Assembly: GCA_964016885.1 (NCBI GenBank)
Contig: CAXHJY010000901.1
Span: 1-64,000 of the forward strand
Origin: Eledone cirrhosa
Taxonomy: Eukaryota
Length of the DNA: 64,000 bases
Direction of reading: 5' to 3'
Part shown: positions 36,501-49,850 of the stretch, one piece after another
Layout of the letters: the number at the start of each line of letters is the position of its first letter
Position numbering within the stretch: position 1 is the first letter of the stretch
The notes under the pieces: generated by a model
Seen by the model: the letters and a program-made list of their open reading frames with translations, nothing else
What the model was told of the DNA's origin: nothing
The model's database searches: none
Made by a program: the position numbers and the translations under genes

Positions 36501-39500
36501 AAGCTAAGCTATCCTAAGCTAAGCTAAGCTAAGCTATCCTAAGCTATCCTAAGCTAAGCTATCCTAAGCTAAGCTATCCTAAGCTATCCTAAGCTAAGCT
36601 ATCCTAAGCTATCCTAAGCTAAGCTATCCTAAGCTAAGCTATCCTAAGCTAAGCTATCCTAAGCTATCCTAAGCTAAGCTATCCTAAGCTATCCTAAGCT
36701 AAGCTAAGCTAAGCTATCCTAAGCTAAGCTAAGCTAAGCTATCCTAAGCTAAGCTAAGCTAAGCTTTCCTAAGCTATCCTAAGCTAAGCTATCCTAAGCT
36801 AAGCTATCCTAAGCTATCCTAAGCTAAGCTATCCTAAGCTATCCTAAGCTAAGCTATCCTAAGCTATCCTAAGCTAAACTATCCTAACCTAAGCTATCCT
36901 AAGCTATCCTAAGCTAAGCTATCCTAAGCTATCCTAAGCTAAGCTATCCTAAGCTATCCTAAGCTAAGCTATCCTAAGCTATCCTAAGCTAAGCTAAGCT
37001 AAGCTATCCTAAACTAAGCTAAGCTATCCTAAGCTAAGCTAAGCTAAGCTATCCTAAGCTATCCTAAGCTAAGCTATCCTAAGCTAAGCTAAGCTAAGCT
37101 ATCCTAAGCCAAGCTAAGCTAAGCTATCCTAAGCCAAGCTAAGCTAAGCTATCCTAAGCTAAGCTAAGCTATCCTAAGCTAAGCTAAGCTAAGCTATCCT
37201 AAGCTAAGCTATGCTAAGCTATCCTAAGCTAAGCTAAGCTAAGCTATCCTAAGCTAAGCTAAGCTAAGCTATCCTAAGCTAAGCTAAGCTAAGCTATCCT
37301 AAGCTAAGCTAAGCTAAGCTATCCTAAGCTAAGCTAAGCTAAGCTATCCTAAGCTAAGCTATGCTAAGCTATCCTAAGCTAAGCTAAGCTAAGCTATCCT
37401 AAGCTAAGCTATCCTAAGCTAAGCTAAGCTAAGCTATCCTAAGCTAAGCTAAGCTAAGCTATCCTAAGCTAAGCTATCCTAAGCTAAGCTAAGCTAAGCT
37501 ATCCTAAGCTAAGCCAAGCTAAGCTATCCTAAGCTAAGCTAAGCTAAGCTATCCTAAACTAAGCTAAGCTAAGCTATCCTAAGCTAAGCTAAGCTAAGCT
37601 ATCCTAAGCTAAGCTAAGCTATCCTAAGCTAAGCTAAGCTAAGCTATCCTAAGCTAAGCTAAGCTAAGCTTTCCTAAGCTATCCTAAGCTAAGCTATCCT
37701 AAGCTAAGCTAAGCTAAGCTAAGCTATCCTAAGCTAAGCTAAGCTATCCTAAGCTAAGCTAAGCTAAGCTATCCTAAGCTAAGCTATCCTAAGCTATCCT
37801 AAGCTAAGCTATCCTAAGCTATCCTAAGCTAAGCTATCCTAAGCTAAGCTATCCTAAGCTAAGCTATCCTAAGCTAAGCTATTCTAAGCTAAGCTAAGCT
37901 AAGCTATCCTAAGCTAAGCTAAGCTAAGCTATCCTAAGCTAAGCTAAGCTAAGCTATCCTAAGCTAAGCTAAGCTAAGCAATCCTAAGCTAAGCTAAGCT
38001 AAGCTATCCTAAGCTAAGCTAAGCTAAGCTATCCTAAGCTAAGCTAAGCTATCCTAAGCTAAGCTAAGCTAAGCTATCCTAAGCTAAGCTAAGCTAAGCT
38101 ATCCTAAGCTATCCTAAGCTAAGCTATCCTAAGCTAAGCTATCCTAAGCTATCCCAAGCTAAGCTATCCTAAGCTAAGCTAAGCTAAGCTATCCTAAGCT
38201 AAGCTATCCTAAGCTAAGCTATCCTAAGCTATCCTAAGCTAAGCTATCCTAATCTATCCTAAGCTAAGCTATCCTAAGCTATCCTAAGCTAAGCTATCCT
38301 AAGCTATCCTAAGCTAAGCTAAGCTAAGCTATCCTAAGCTATCCTAAGCTAAGCTATCCTAAGCTAAACTATCCTAAGCTATCCTAAGCTAAGCTATCCT
38401 AAGCTATCCTAAGCTAAGCTATCCTAAGCTATCCTAAGCTAAGCTAAGCTAAGCTATCCTAAGCTAAGCTAAGCTAAGCTATCCTAAGCTAAGCTAAGCT
38501 AAGCTATCCTAAGCTAAGTTAAGCTAAGCTATCCTAAGCTATCCTAAGCTAAGCTATCCTAAGCTAAGCTATCCTAAGCTATCCTAAGCTAAGCTATCCT
38601 AAGCTATCCTAAGCTAAGCTATCCTAAGCTAAGCTATCCTAAGCTAAGCTATCCTAAGCTATCCTAAGCTAAGCTATCCTAAGCTATCCTAAGCTAAGCT
38701 ATCCTAAGCTATCCTAAGCTAAGCTAAGCTAAGCTATCCTAAGCTAAGCTAAGCTAAGCTATCCTAAGCTAAGCTAAGCTAAGCTATCCTAAGCTAAGCT
38801 AAGCTAAGCTATCCTAAGCTATCCTAAGCTAAGCTATCCTAAGCTAAGCTATCCTAAGCTAAGCTATCCTAAGCTATCCTAAGCTAAGCTATCCTAAGCT
38901 AAGCTCTCCTAAGGTAAGCTATCCTAAGCTATCCTAAGCTAAGCTATCCTAAGCTATCCTAAGCTAAGCTAAGCTAAGCTATCCTAAGCTAAGCTAAGCT
39001 AAGCTATCCTAAGCTAAGCTAAGCTAAGCTATCCTAAGTTAAGCTAAGCTAAGCTATCCTAAGCTAAGTTAAGCTAAGCTATCCTAAGCTAAGCTAAGCT
39101 AAGCTATCCTAAGCTAAGCTAAGCTAAGCTCTCCTAAGCTAAGCTATCCTAAGCTATCCTAAGCTATCCTAAGCTAAGCTATCCTAAGCTAAGCTCTCCT
39201 AAGGTAAGCTATCCTAAGCTATCCTAAGCTAAGCTATCCTAAGCTATCCTAAGCTAAGCTAAGCTAAGCTATCCTAAGCTAAGCTAAGCTAAGCTATCCT
39301 AAGCTAAGCTAAGCGATCCTAAGCTAAGCTAAGCTAAGCTATCCTAAGCTAAGCTAAGCTAAGCTATCCTAAGCTAAGCTAAGCTAAGCTATCCTAAGCT
39401 AAGCTAAGCTAAGCTATCCTAAGCTAAGCTAAGCTAAGCTATCCTAAGCTAAGCTAAGCTAAGCTATCCTAAGCAAAGCTAAGCTAAGCTATCCTAAGCT

Positions 39501-41825
39501 AAGCTATCCTAAGCTAAGCTATCCTAAGCTATCCTAAGCTAAGCTATCCTAAGCTAAGCTAAGCTAAGCTAACCTAAGCTAAGCTATCCTAAGCTAAGCT
39601 AAGCTAAGCTATCCTAAGCTAAGCTATGCTAAGCTATCCTAAGCTATCCTAAGCTAAGCTATCCTAAGCTAAGCTATCCTAAGCTAAGCTATCCTAAGCT
39701 ATCCTAAGCTAAGCTATCCTAAGCTAAGCTCTCCTAAGGTAAGCTATCCTAAGCTATCCTAAGCTAAGCTATCCTAAGCTATCCTAAGCTAAGCTAAGCT
39801 AAGCTATCCTAAGCTAAGCTAAGCTAAGCTATCCTAAGCTAAGCTAAGCTAAGCTAAGCTATCCTAAGCTAAGCTAAGCTAAGCTACCTAAGCTAAGCTA
39901 AGCTATCCTAAGCTAAGCTAAGCTAAGCTATCCTAAGCTAAGCTAAGCTCTCCTAAGCTAAGCTAAGCTAAGCTATCCTAAGCTAAGCTAAGCTTTCCTA
40001 AGCTAAGCTAAGCTAAGCTATCCTAAGCTAAGCTAATCTATCCTAAGCTAAGCTAAGCTAAGCTATCCTAAGCTAAGCTAAGCTAAGCTATCCTAAGCTA
40101 AGCTAAGCTAAGCTATCCTAAGCAAAGCTAAGCTATCCTAAGCTAAGCTAAGCTAAGCTATCCTAAGCTAAGCTAAGCTATCCTAAGCTAAGCTATCCTA
40201 AGCTAAGCTAAGCTAAGCTATCCTAAGCTAAGCTAAGCTAAGCTATCCTAAGCTAAGCTAAGCTAAGCTATCCTAAGCTAAGCTAAGCTAAGCTATCCTA
40301 AGCAAAGCTAAGCTAAGCTATCCTAAGCTAAGCTATCCTAAGCTAAGCTAAGCTAAGCTATCCTAAGCTAAGCTAAGCTAAGCTATCCTAAGCAAAGCTA
40401 AGCTATCCTAAGCTAAGCTAAGCTAAGCTATCCTAAGCTAAGCTAAGCTATCCTAAGCTAAGCTAAGCTAAGCTATCCTAAGCTAAGCTAAGCTATCCTA
40501 AGCTAAGCTAAGCTAAGCTATCCTAAGCTAAGCTAAGCTAAGCTATCCTAAGCTAAGCTAAGCTAAGCTATCCTAAGCCATCCTAAGCTATCCTAAGCTA
40601 ACCTAAGCTAAGCTATCCTAAGCTAAGCTAAGCTGAGCTATCCTAAGCTAAGCTAAGCTATCCTAAGCTAAGCTAAGCTAAGCTATCCTAAGCTAAGCTA
40701 AGCTAAGCTATCCTAAGCTAAGCTAAGCTAAGCTATCCTAAGCTAAGCTAAGCTATCCTAAGCTAAGCTAAGCTAAGCTATCCTAAGCTAAGCTAAGCTA
40801 AGCTATCCTAAGCTATCCTAAGCTAAGCTATCCTAAGCTAAGCTATCCTAAGCTATCCTAAGCTAAGCTATCCTAAGCTAAGCTAAGCTAAGCTATCCTA
40901 AGCTAAGCTATCCTAAGCTAAGCTATCCTAAGCTATCCTAAGCTAAGCTATCCTAAGCTATCCTAAGCTAAGCTATCCTAAGCTATCCTAAGCTAAGCTA
41001 TCCTAAGCTATCCTAAGCTAAGCTAAGCTAAGCTATCCTAAGCTAAGCTAAGCTAAGCTAAGCTATCCTAAGCTAAGCTAAGCTAAGCTATCCTAAGCTA
41101 AGCTAAGCTAAGCTATCCTAAGCTATCCTAAGCTAAGCTATCCTAAGCTAAGCTATCCTAAGCTATCCTAAGCTAAGCTATCCTAAGCTATCCTAAGCTA
41201 AGCTCTCCTAAGCTAAGCTATCCAAAGCTAAGCTATCCTAAGCTATCCTAAGCTAAGCTATCCTAAGCTATCCTAAGCTAAGCTAAGCTAAGCTATCCTA
41301 AGCTAAGCTAAGCTAAGCTATCCTAAGCTAAGCTAAGCTAAGCTTTCCTAAGCTATCCTAAGCTAAGCTATTCTAAGCTAAGCGATCCTAAGCTATCCTA
41401 AGCTAAGCTATCCTAAGCTATCCTAAGCTAAGCTATCCTAAGCTAATCTATCCTAAGCTAAGCTATCCTAAGCTAACCTAAGCTAAGCTATCCTAAGCTA
41501 TCCTAAGCTAAGCTATCCTAAGCTATCCTAGGCTAAGCTAAGCTAAGCTATCCTAAGCTAAGCTAAGCTAAGCTATCCTAAGCTAAGCTAAGCTAAGCTA
41601 TCCTAAGCTAAGCTAAGCTAAGCTATCCTAAGCTATCCTAAGCTAAGCTATCCTAAGCTAAGCTATCCTAAGCTAAGCTATCCTAAGCTATCCTAAGCTA
41701 AGCTATCCTAAGCTATCCTAAGCTAAGCTATCCTAAGCTAAGCTATCCTAAGCTAAGCTATCCTAAGCTATCCTAAGCTAAGCTATCCTAAGCTATCCTA
41801 AGCTAAGCTATCCTAAGCTATCCTA
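27520..41825 (+). repeat. ~14 kb block, copy 2 (direct repeat of ~2670-16865)
   Basis: Same ordered variant series as copy 1. The offset drifts only by multiples of 5 bp (24852, 24857, 24862, 24842, 24932, 24957). Confidence 0.92.
30050..32000 (+). repeat. Tandem duplication of a ~975 bp unit (homologue of 5200-7140)
   Basis: 974 bp offset: CTGTC 30162/31136, GTAAG 30877/31851, CTAC 30997/31971. Confidence 0.92.
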
Positions 41826-44800
41826 AGCTAAGCTATCCTAAGCTAAGCTCTCCTAAGGTAAGCTATCCTAAGCTATCCTAAGCTAAGCTATCCTAAGCTA
41901 TCCTAAGCTAAGCTAAGCTAAGCTATCCTAAGCTAAGCTAAGCTAAGCTATCCTAAGCTAAGCTAAGCTAAGCTAAGCTATCCTAAGCTAAGCTAAGCTA
42001 AGCTACCTAAGCTAAGCTAAGCTATCCTAAGCTAAGCTAAGCTAAGCTATCCTAAGCTAAGCTAAGCTCTCCTAAGCTAAGCTAAGCTAAGCTATCCTAA
42101 GCTAAGCTAAGCTTTCCTAAGCTAAGCTAAGCTAAGCTATCCTAAGCTAAGCTAATCTATCCTAAGCTAAGCTAAGCTAAGCTATCCTAAGCTAAGCTAA
42201 GCTAAGCTATCCTAAGCTAAGCTAAGCTAAGCTATCCTAAGCAAAGCTAAGCTATCCTAAGCTAAGCTAAGCTAAGCTATCCTAAGCTAAGCTAAGCTAT
42301 CCTAAGCTAAGCTATCCTAAGCTAAGCTAAGCTAAGCTATCCTAAGCTAAGCTAAGCTAAGCTATCCTAAGCTAAGCTAAGCTAAGCTATCCTAAGCTAA
42401 GCTAAGCTAAGCTATCCTAAGCAAAGCTAAGCTAAGCTATCCTAAGCTAAGCTATCCTAAGCTAAGCTAAGCTAAGCTATCCTAAGCTAAGCTAAGCTAA
42501 GCTATCCTAAGCAAAGCTAAGCTATCCTAAGCTAAGCTAAGCTAAGCTATCCTAAGCTAAGCTAAGCTATCCTAAGCTAAGCTAAGCTAAGCTATCCTAA
42601 GCTAAGCTAAGCTATCCTAAGCTAAGCTAAGCTAAGCTATCCTAAGCCATCCTAAGCTATCCTAAGCTAACCTAAGCTAAGCTATCCTAAGCTAAGCTAA
42701 GCTGAGCTATCCTAAGCTAAGCTAAGCTATCCTAAGCTAAGCTAAGCTAAGCTATCCTAAGCTAAGCTAAGCTAAGCTATCCTAAGCTAAGCTAAGCTAA
42801 GCTATCCTAAGCTAAGCTAAGCTATCCTAAGCTAAGCTAAGCTAAGCTATCCTAAGCTAAGCTAAGCTAAGCTATCCTAAGCTATCCTAAGCTAAGCTAT
42901 CCTAAGCTAAGCTATCCTAAGCTATCCTAAGCTAAGCTATCCTAAGCTAAGCTAAGCTAAGCTATCCTAAGCTAAGCTATCCTAAGCTAAGCTATCCTAA
43001 ACTATCCTAAGCTAAGCTATCCTAAGCTATCCTAAGCTAAGCTATCCTAAGCTATCCTAAGCTAAGCTATCCTAAGCTATCCTAAGCTAAGCTAAGCTAA
43101 GCTATCCTAAGCTAAGCTAAGCTAAGCTAAGCTATCCTAAGCTAAGCTAAGCTAAGCTATCCTAAGCTAAGCTAAGCTAAGCTATCCTAAGCTATCCTAA
43201 GCTAAGCTATCCTAAGCTAAGCTATCCTAAGCTATCCTAAGCTAAGCTATCCTAAGCTATCCTAAGCTAAGCTCTCCTAAGCTAAGCTATCCAAAGCTAA
43301 GCTATCCTAAGCTATCCTAAGCTAAGCTATCCTAAGCTATCCTAAGCTAAGCTAAGCTAAGCTATCCTAAGCTAAGCTAAGCTAAGCTATCCTAAGCTAA
43401 GCTAAGCTAAGCTTTCCTAAGCTATCCTAAGCTAAGCTATTCTAAGCTAAGCGATCCTAAGCTATCCTAAGCTAAGCTATCCTAAGCTATCCTAAGCTAA
43501 GCTATCCTAAGCTAATCTATCCTAAGCTAAGCTATCCTAAGCTAACCTAAGCTAAGCTATCCTAAGCTATCCTAAGCTAAGCTATCCTAAGCTATCCTAG
43601 GCTAAGCTAAGCTAAGCTATCCTAAGCTAAGCTAAGCTAAGCTATCCTAAGCTAAGCTAAGCTAAGCTATCCTAAGCTAAGCTAAGCTAAGCTATCCTAA
43701 GCTATCCTAAGCTAAGCTATCCTAAGCTAAGCTATCCTAAGCTAAGCTATCCTAAGCTATCCTAAGCTAAGCTATCGTAAGCTATCCTAAGCTAAGCTAT
43801 CCTAAGCTAAGCTATCCTAAGCTAAGCTATCCTAAGCTATCCTAAGCTAAGCTATCCTAAGCTATCCTAAGCTAAGCTATCCTAAGCTATCCTAAGCTAA
43901 GCTAAGCTAAGCTATCCTAAGCTAAGCTAAGCTAAGCTATCCTAAGCTAAGCTAAGCTAAGCTATCCTAAGCTAAGCTAAGCTAAGCTATCCTAAGCGAT
44001 CCTAAGCTAAGCTATCCTAAGCTAAGCTATCCTAAGCTATCCTAAGCTAAGCAATCCTAAGCTATCCTAAACTAAGCTATCCTAAGCTAAGCTATCCTAA
44101 GCTATCCTAAGCTAAGCTATCCTAAGCTATCCTAAGCTAAGCTATCCTAAGCTATCCTAAGCTAAGCTAAGCTAAGCTAACCTAAGCTAAGCTATCCTAA
44201 GCTAAGCTAAGCTAAGCTATCCTAAGCTAAGCTAAGCTAAGCTATCCTAAGCTATCCTAAGCTAAGCTATCCTAAGCTAAGCTATCCTAAGCTAAGCTAT
44301 CCTAAGCTATCCTAAGCTAAGCTATCCTAAGCTAAGCTCTCCTAAGGTAAGCTATCCTAAGCTATCCTAAGCTAAGCTATCCTAAGCTATCCTAAGCTAA
44401 GCTAAGCTAAGCTATCCTAAGCTAAGCTAAGCTAAGCTACCTAAGCTAAGCTAAGCTAAGCTATCCTAAGCTAAGCTAAGCTAAGCTATCCTAAGCTAAG
44501 CTAAGCTCTCCTAAGCTAAGCTAAGCTAAGCTATCCTAAGCTAAGCTAAGCTTTCCTAAGCTAAGCTAAGCTAAGCTATCCTAAGCTAAGCTAATCTATC
44601 CTAAGCTAAGCTAAGCTAAGCTATCCTAAGCTAAGCTAAGCTAAGCTATCCTAAGCTAAGCTAAGCTAAGCTATCCTAAGCTAAGCTAAGCTAAGCTATC
44701 CTAAGCTAAGCTAAGCTAAGCTATCCTAAGCTAAGCTAAGCTAAGCTATCCTAAGCTAAGCTAAGCTAAGCTATCCTAAGCTAAGCTATCCTAAGCTAAG

Positions 44801-47800
44801 CTAAGCTATCCTAAGCTAAGCTAAGCTAAGCTATCCTAAGCTAAGCTAAGCTAAGCTATCCTAAGCTAAGCTAAGCTATCCTAAGCTAAGCTAAGCTAAG
44901 CTATCCTAAGCTAAGCTAAGCTAAGCTATCCTAAGCTAAGCTAAGCTAAGCTATCCTAAGCTATCCTAAGCTATCCTAAGCTAAGCTATCCTAAGCTATC
45001 CTAAGCTAAGCTAAGCTAAGCTATCCTAAGCTAAGCTAAGCTAAGCTATCCTAAGCTAAGCTAAGCTAAGCTATCCTAAGCTAAGCTAAGCTAAGCTATC
45101 CTAAGCTAAGCTAAGCTATCCTAAGCTAAGCTAAGCTAAGCTATCCTAAGCTAAGCTAAGCTAAGCTATCCTAAGCAAAGCTAAGCTAAGCTATCCTAAG
45201 CTAAGCTATCCTAAGCTAAGCTAAGCTAAGCTATCCTAAGCTAAGCTAAGCTAAGCTATCCTAAGCAAAGCTAAGCTATCCTAAGCTAAGCTAAGCTAAG
45301 CTATCCTAAGCTAAGCTAAGCTATCCTAAGCTAAGCTAAGCTAAGCTATCCTAAGCTAAGCTAAGCTATCCTAAGCTAAGCTAAGCTAAGCTATCCTAAG
45401 CTAAGCTAAGCTAAGCTATCCTAAGCCATCCTAAGCTATCCTAAGCTAACCTAAGCTAAGCTATCCTAAGCTAAGCTAAGCTGAGCTATCCTAAGCTAAG
45501 CTAAGCTATCCTAAGCTAAGCTAAGCTAAGCTATCCTAAGCTAAGCTAAGCTAAGCTATCCTAAGCTAAGCTAAGCTAAGCTATCCTAAGCTAAGCTAAG
45601 CTATCCTAAGCTAAGCTAAGCTAAGCTATCCTAAGCTAAGCTAAGCTAAGCTATCCTAAGCTATCCTAAGCTAAGCTATCCTAAGCTAAGCTATCCTAAG
45701 CTATCCTAAGCTAAGCTATCCTAAGCTAAGCTAAGCTAAGCTATCCTAAGCTAAGCTATCCTAAGCTAAGCTATCCTAAGCTATCCTAAGCTAAGCTATC
45801 CTAAGCTATCCTAAGCTAAGCTATCCTAAGCTATCCTAAGCTAAGCTATCCTAAGCTATCCTAAGCTAAGCTAAGCTAAGCTATCCTAAGCTAAGCTAAG
45901 CTAAGCTAAGCTATCCTAAGCTAAGCTAAGCTAAGCTATCCTAAGCTAAGCTAAGCTAAGCTATCCTAAGCTATCCTAAGCTAAGCTATCCTAAGCTAAG
46001 CTATCCTAAGCTATCCTAAGCTAAGCTATCCTAAGCTATCCTAAGCTAAGCTCTCCTAAGCTAAGCTATCCAAAGCTAAGCTATCCTAAGCTATCCTAAG
46101 CTAAGCTATCCTAAGCTATCCTAAGCTAAGCTAAGCTAAGCTATCCTAAGCTAAGCTAAGCTAAGCTATCCTAAGCTAAGCTAAGCTAAGCTTTCCTAAG
46201 CTATCCTAAGCTAAGCTATTCTAAGCTAAGCGATCCTAAGCTATCCTAAGCTAAGCTATCCTAAGCTATCCTAAGCTAAGCTATCCTAAGCTAATCTATC
46301 CTAAGCTAAGCTATCCTAAGCTAACCTAAGCTAAGCTATCCTAAGCTATCCTAAGCTAAGCTATCCTAAGCTATCCTAGGCTAAGCTAAGCTAAGCTATC
46401 CTAAGCTAAGCTAAGCTAAGCTATCCTAAGCTAAGCTAAGCTAAGCTATCCTAAGCTAAGCTAAGCTAAGCTATCCTAAGCTATCCTAAGCTAAGCTATC
46501 CTAAGCTAAGCTATCCTAAGCTAAGCTATCCTAAGCTATCCTAAGCTAAGCTATCCTAAGCTATCCTAAGCTAAGCTATCCTAAGCTAAGCTATCCTAAG
46601 CTAAGCTATCCTAAGCTATCCTAAGCTAAGCTATCCTAAGCTATCCTAAGCTAAGCTATCCTAAGCTATCCTAAGCTAAGCTATCCTAAGCTAAGCTCTC
46701 CTAAGGTAAGCTATCCTAAGCTATCCTAAGCTAAGCTATCCTAAGCTATCCTAAGCTAAGCTAAGCTAAGCTATCCTAAGCTAAGCTAAGCTAAGCTATC
46801 CTAAGCTAAGCTAAGCTAAGCTAAGCTATCCTAAGCTAAGCTAAGCTAAGCTACCTAAGCTAAGCTAAGCTATCCTAAGCTAAGCTAAGCTAAGCTATCC
46901 TAAGCTAAGCTAAGCTCTCCTAAGCTAAGCTAAGCTAAGCTATCCTAAGCTAAGCTAAGCTTTCCTAAGCTAAGCTAAGCTAAGCTATCCTAAGCTAAGC
47001 TAATCTATCCTAAGCTAAGCTAAGCTAAGCTATCCTAAGCTAAGCTAAGCTAAGCTATCCTAAGCTAAGCTAAGCTAAGCTATCCTAAGCAAAGCTAAGC
47101 TAAGCTATCCTAAGCAAAGCTAAGCTAAGCTATCCTAAGCTAAGCTATCCTAAGCTAAGCTAAGCTAAGCTATCCTAAGCTAAGCTAAGCTAAGCTATCC
47201 TAAGCAAAGCTAAGCTATCCTAAGCTAAGCTAAGCTAAGCTATCCTAAGCTAAGCTAAGCTATCCTAAGCTAAGCTAAGCTAAGCTATCCTAAGCTAAGC
47301 TAAGCTATCCTAAGCTAAGCTAAGCTAAGCTATCCTAAGCTAAGCTAAGCTAAGCTATCCTAAGCTAAGCTAAGCTAAGCTATCCTAAGCCATCCTAAGC
47401 TATCCTAAGCTAACCTAAGCTAAGCTATCCTAAGCTAAGCTAAGCTGAGCTATCCTAAGCTAAGCTAAGCTATCCTAAGCTAAGCTAAGCTAAGCTATCC
47501 TAAGCTAAGCTAAGCTAAGCTATCCTAAGCTAAGCTAAGCTAAGCTATCCTAAGCTAAGCTAAGCTATCCTAAGCTAAGCTAAGCTAAGCTATCCTAAGC
47601 TAAGCTAAGCTAAGCTATCCTAAGCTATCCTAAGCTAAGCTATCCTAAGCTAAGCTATCCTAAGCTATCCTAAGCTAAGCTATCCTAAGCTAAGCTAAGC
47701 TAAGCTATCCTAAGCTAAGCTATCCTAAGCTAAGCTATCCTAAGCTATCCTAAGCTAAGCTATCCTAAGCTATCCTAAGCTAAGCTATCCTAAGCTATCC

Positions 47801-49850
47801 TAAGCTAAGCTATCCTAAGCTATCCTAAGCTAAGCTAAGCTAAGCTATCCTAAGCTAAGCTAAGCTAAGCTAAGCTATCCTAAGCTAAGCTAAGCTAAGC
47901 TATCCTAAGCTAAGCTAAGCTAAGCTATCCTAAGCTATCCTAAGCTAAGCTATCCTAAGCTAAGCTATCCTAAGCTATCCTAAGCTAAGCTATCCTAAGC
48001 TATCCTAAGCTAAGCTCTCCTAAGCTAAGCTATCCAAAGCTAAGCTATCCTAAGCTATCCTAAGCTAAGCTAAGCTAAGCTATCCTAAGCTAAGCTAAGC
48101 TAAGCTATCCTAAGCTAAGCTAAGCTAAGCTTTCCTAAGCTATCCTAAGCTAAGCTATTCTAAGCTAAGCGATCCTAAGCTATCCTAAGCTAAGCTATCC
48201 TAAGCTATCCTAAGCTAAGCTATCCTAAGCTAATCTATCCTAAGCTAAGCTATCCTAAGCTAACCTAAGCTAAGCTATCCTAAGCTATCCTAAGCTAAGC
48301 TATCCTAAGCTATCCTAGGCTAAGCTAAGCTAAGCTATCCTAAGCTAAGCTAAGCTAAGCTATCCTAAGCTAAGCTAAGCTAAGCTATCCTAAGCTAAGC
48401 TAAGCTAAGCTATCCTAAGCTATCCTAAGCTAAGCTATCCTAAGCTAAGCTATCCTAAGCTAAGCTATCCTAAGCTATCCTAAGCTAAGCTATCCTAAGC
48501 TATCCTAAGCTAAGCTATCCTAAGCTAAGCTATCCTAAGCTAAGCTATCCTAAGCTATCCTAAGCTAAGCTATCCTAAGCTATCCTAAGCTAAGCTATCC
48601 TAAGCTATCCTAAGCTAAGCTAAGCTAAGCTATCCTAAGCTAAGCTAAGCTAAGCTATCCTAAGCTAAGCTAAGCTAAGCTATCCTAAGCTAAGCTAAGC
48701 TAAGCTATCCTAAGCGATCCTAAGCTAAGCTATCCTAAGCTAAGCTATCCTAAGCTATCCTAAGCTAAGCAATCCTAAGCTATCCTAAGCTAAGCTATCC
48801 TAAGCTAAGCTATCCTAAGCTATCCTAAGCTAAGCTATCCTAAGCTATCCTAAGCTAAGCTATCCTAAGCTATCCTAAGCTAAGCTAAGCTAAGCTAACC
48901 TAAGCTAAGCTATCCTAAGCTAAGCTAAGCTAAGCTATCCTAAGCTAAGCTAAGCTAAGCTATCCTAAGCTATCCTAAGCTAAGCTATCCTAAGCTAAGC
49001 TATCCTAAGCTAAGCTATCCTAAGCTATCCTAAGCTAAGCTATCCTAAGCTAAGCTCTCCTAAGGTAAGCTATCCTAAGCTATCCTAAGCTAAGCTATCC
49101 TAAGCTATCCTAAGCTAAGCTAAGCTAAGCTATCCTAAGCTAAGCTAAGCTAAGCTACCTAAGCTAAGCTAAGCTAAGCTATCCTAAGCTAAGCTAAGCT
49201 AAGCTATCCTAAGCTAAGCTAAGCTCTCCTAAGCTAAGCTAAGCTAAGCTATCCTAAGCTAAGCTAAGCTTTCCTAAGCTAAGCTAAGCTAAGCTATCCT
49301 AAGCTAAGCTAATCTATCCTAAGCTAAGCTAAGCTAAGCTATCCTAAGCTAAGCTAAGCTAAGCTATCCTAAGCTAAGCTAAGCTAAGCTATCCTAAGCT
49401 AAGCTAAGCTAAGCTATCCTAAGCTAAGCTAAGCTAAGCTATCCTAAGCTAAGCTAAGCTAAGCTATCCTAAGCTAAGCTAAGCTAAGCTATCCTAAGCT
49501 AAGCTATCCTAAGCTAAGCTAAGCTATCCTAAGCTAAGCTAAGCTAAGCTATCCTAAGCTAAGCTAAGCTAAGCTATCCTAAGCTAAGCTAAGCTATCCT
49601 AAGCTAAGCTAAGCTAAGCTATCCTAAGCTAAGCTAAGCTAAGCTATCCTAAGCTAAGCTAAGCTAAGCTATCCTAAGCTATCCTAAGCTATCCTAAGCT
49701 AAGCTATCCTAAGCTATCCTAAGCTAAGCTAAGCTAAGCTATCCTAAGCTAAGCTAAGCTAAGCTATCCTAAGCTAAGCTAAGCTAAGCTATCCTAAGCT
49801 AAGCTAAGCTAAGCTATCCTAAGCTATCCTAAGCTAAGCTATCCTAAGCT
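40200..49850 (+). repeat. Nested local amplification: ~4.7-4.85 kb unit x2, each containing two ~2-2.8 kb subunits
   Basis: CTAGG at 41528, 43597, 46376, 48315; CTAC at 42003, 44437, 46851, 49155. Alternate markers are 4848 and 4718 bp apart for both marker types. Confidence 0.87.
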
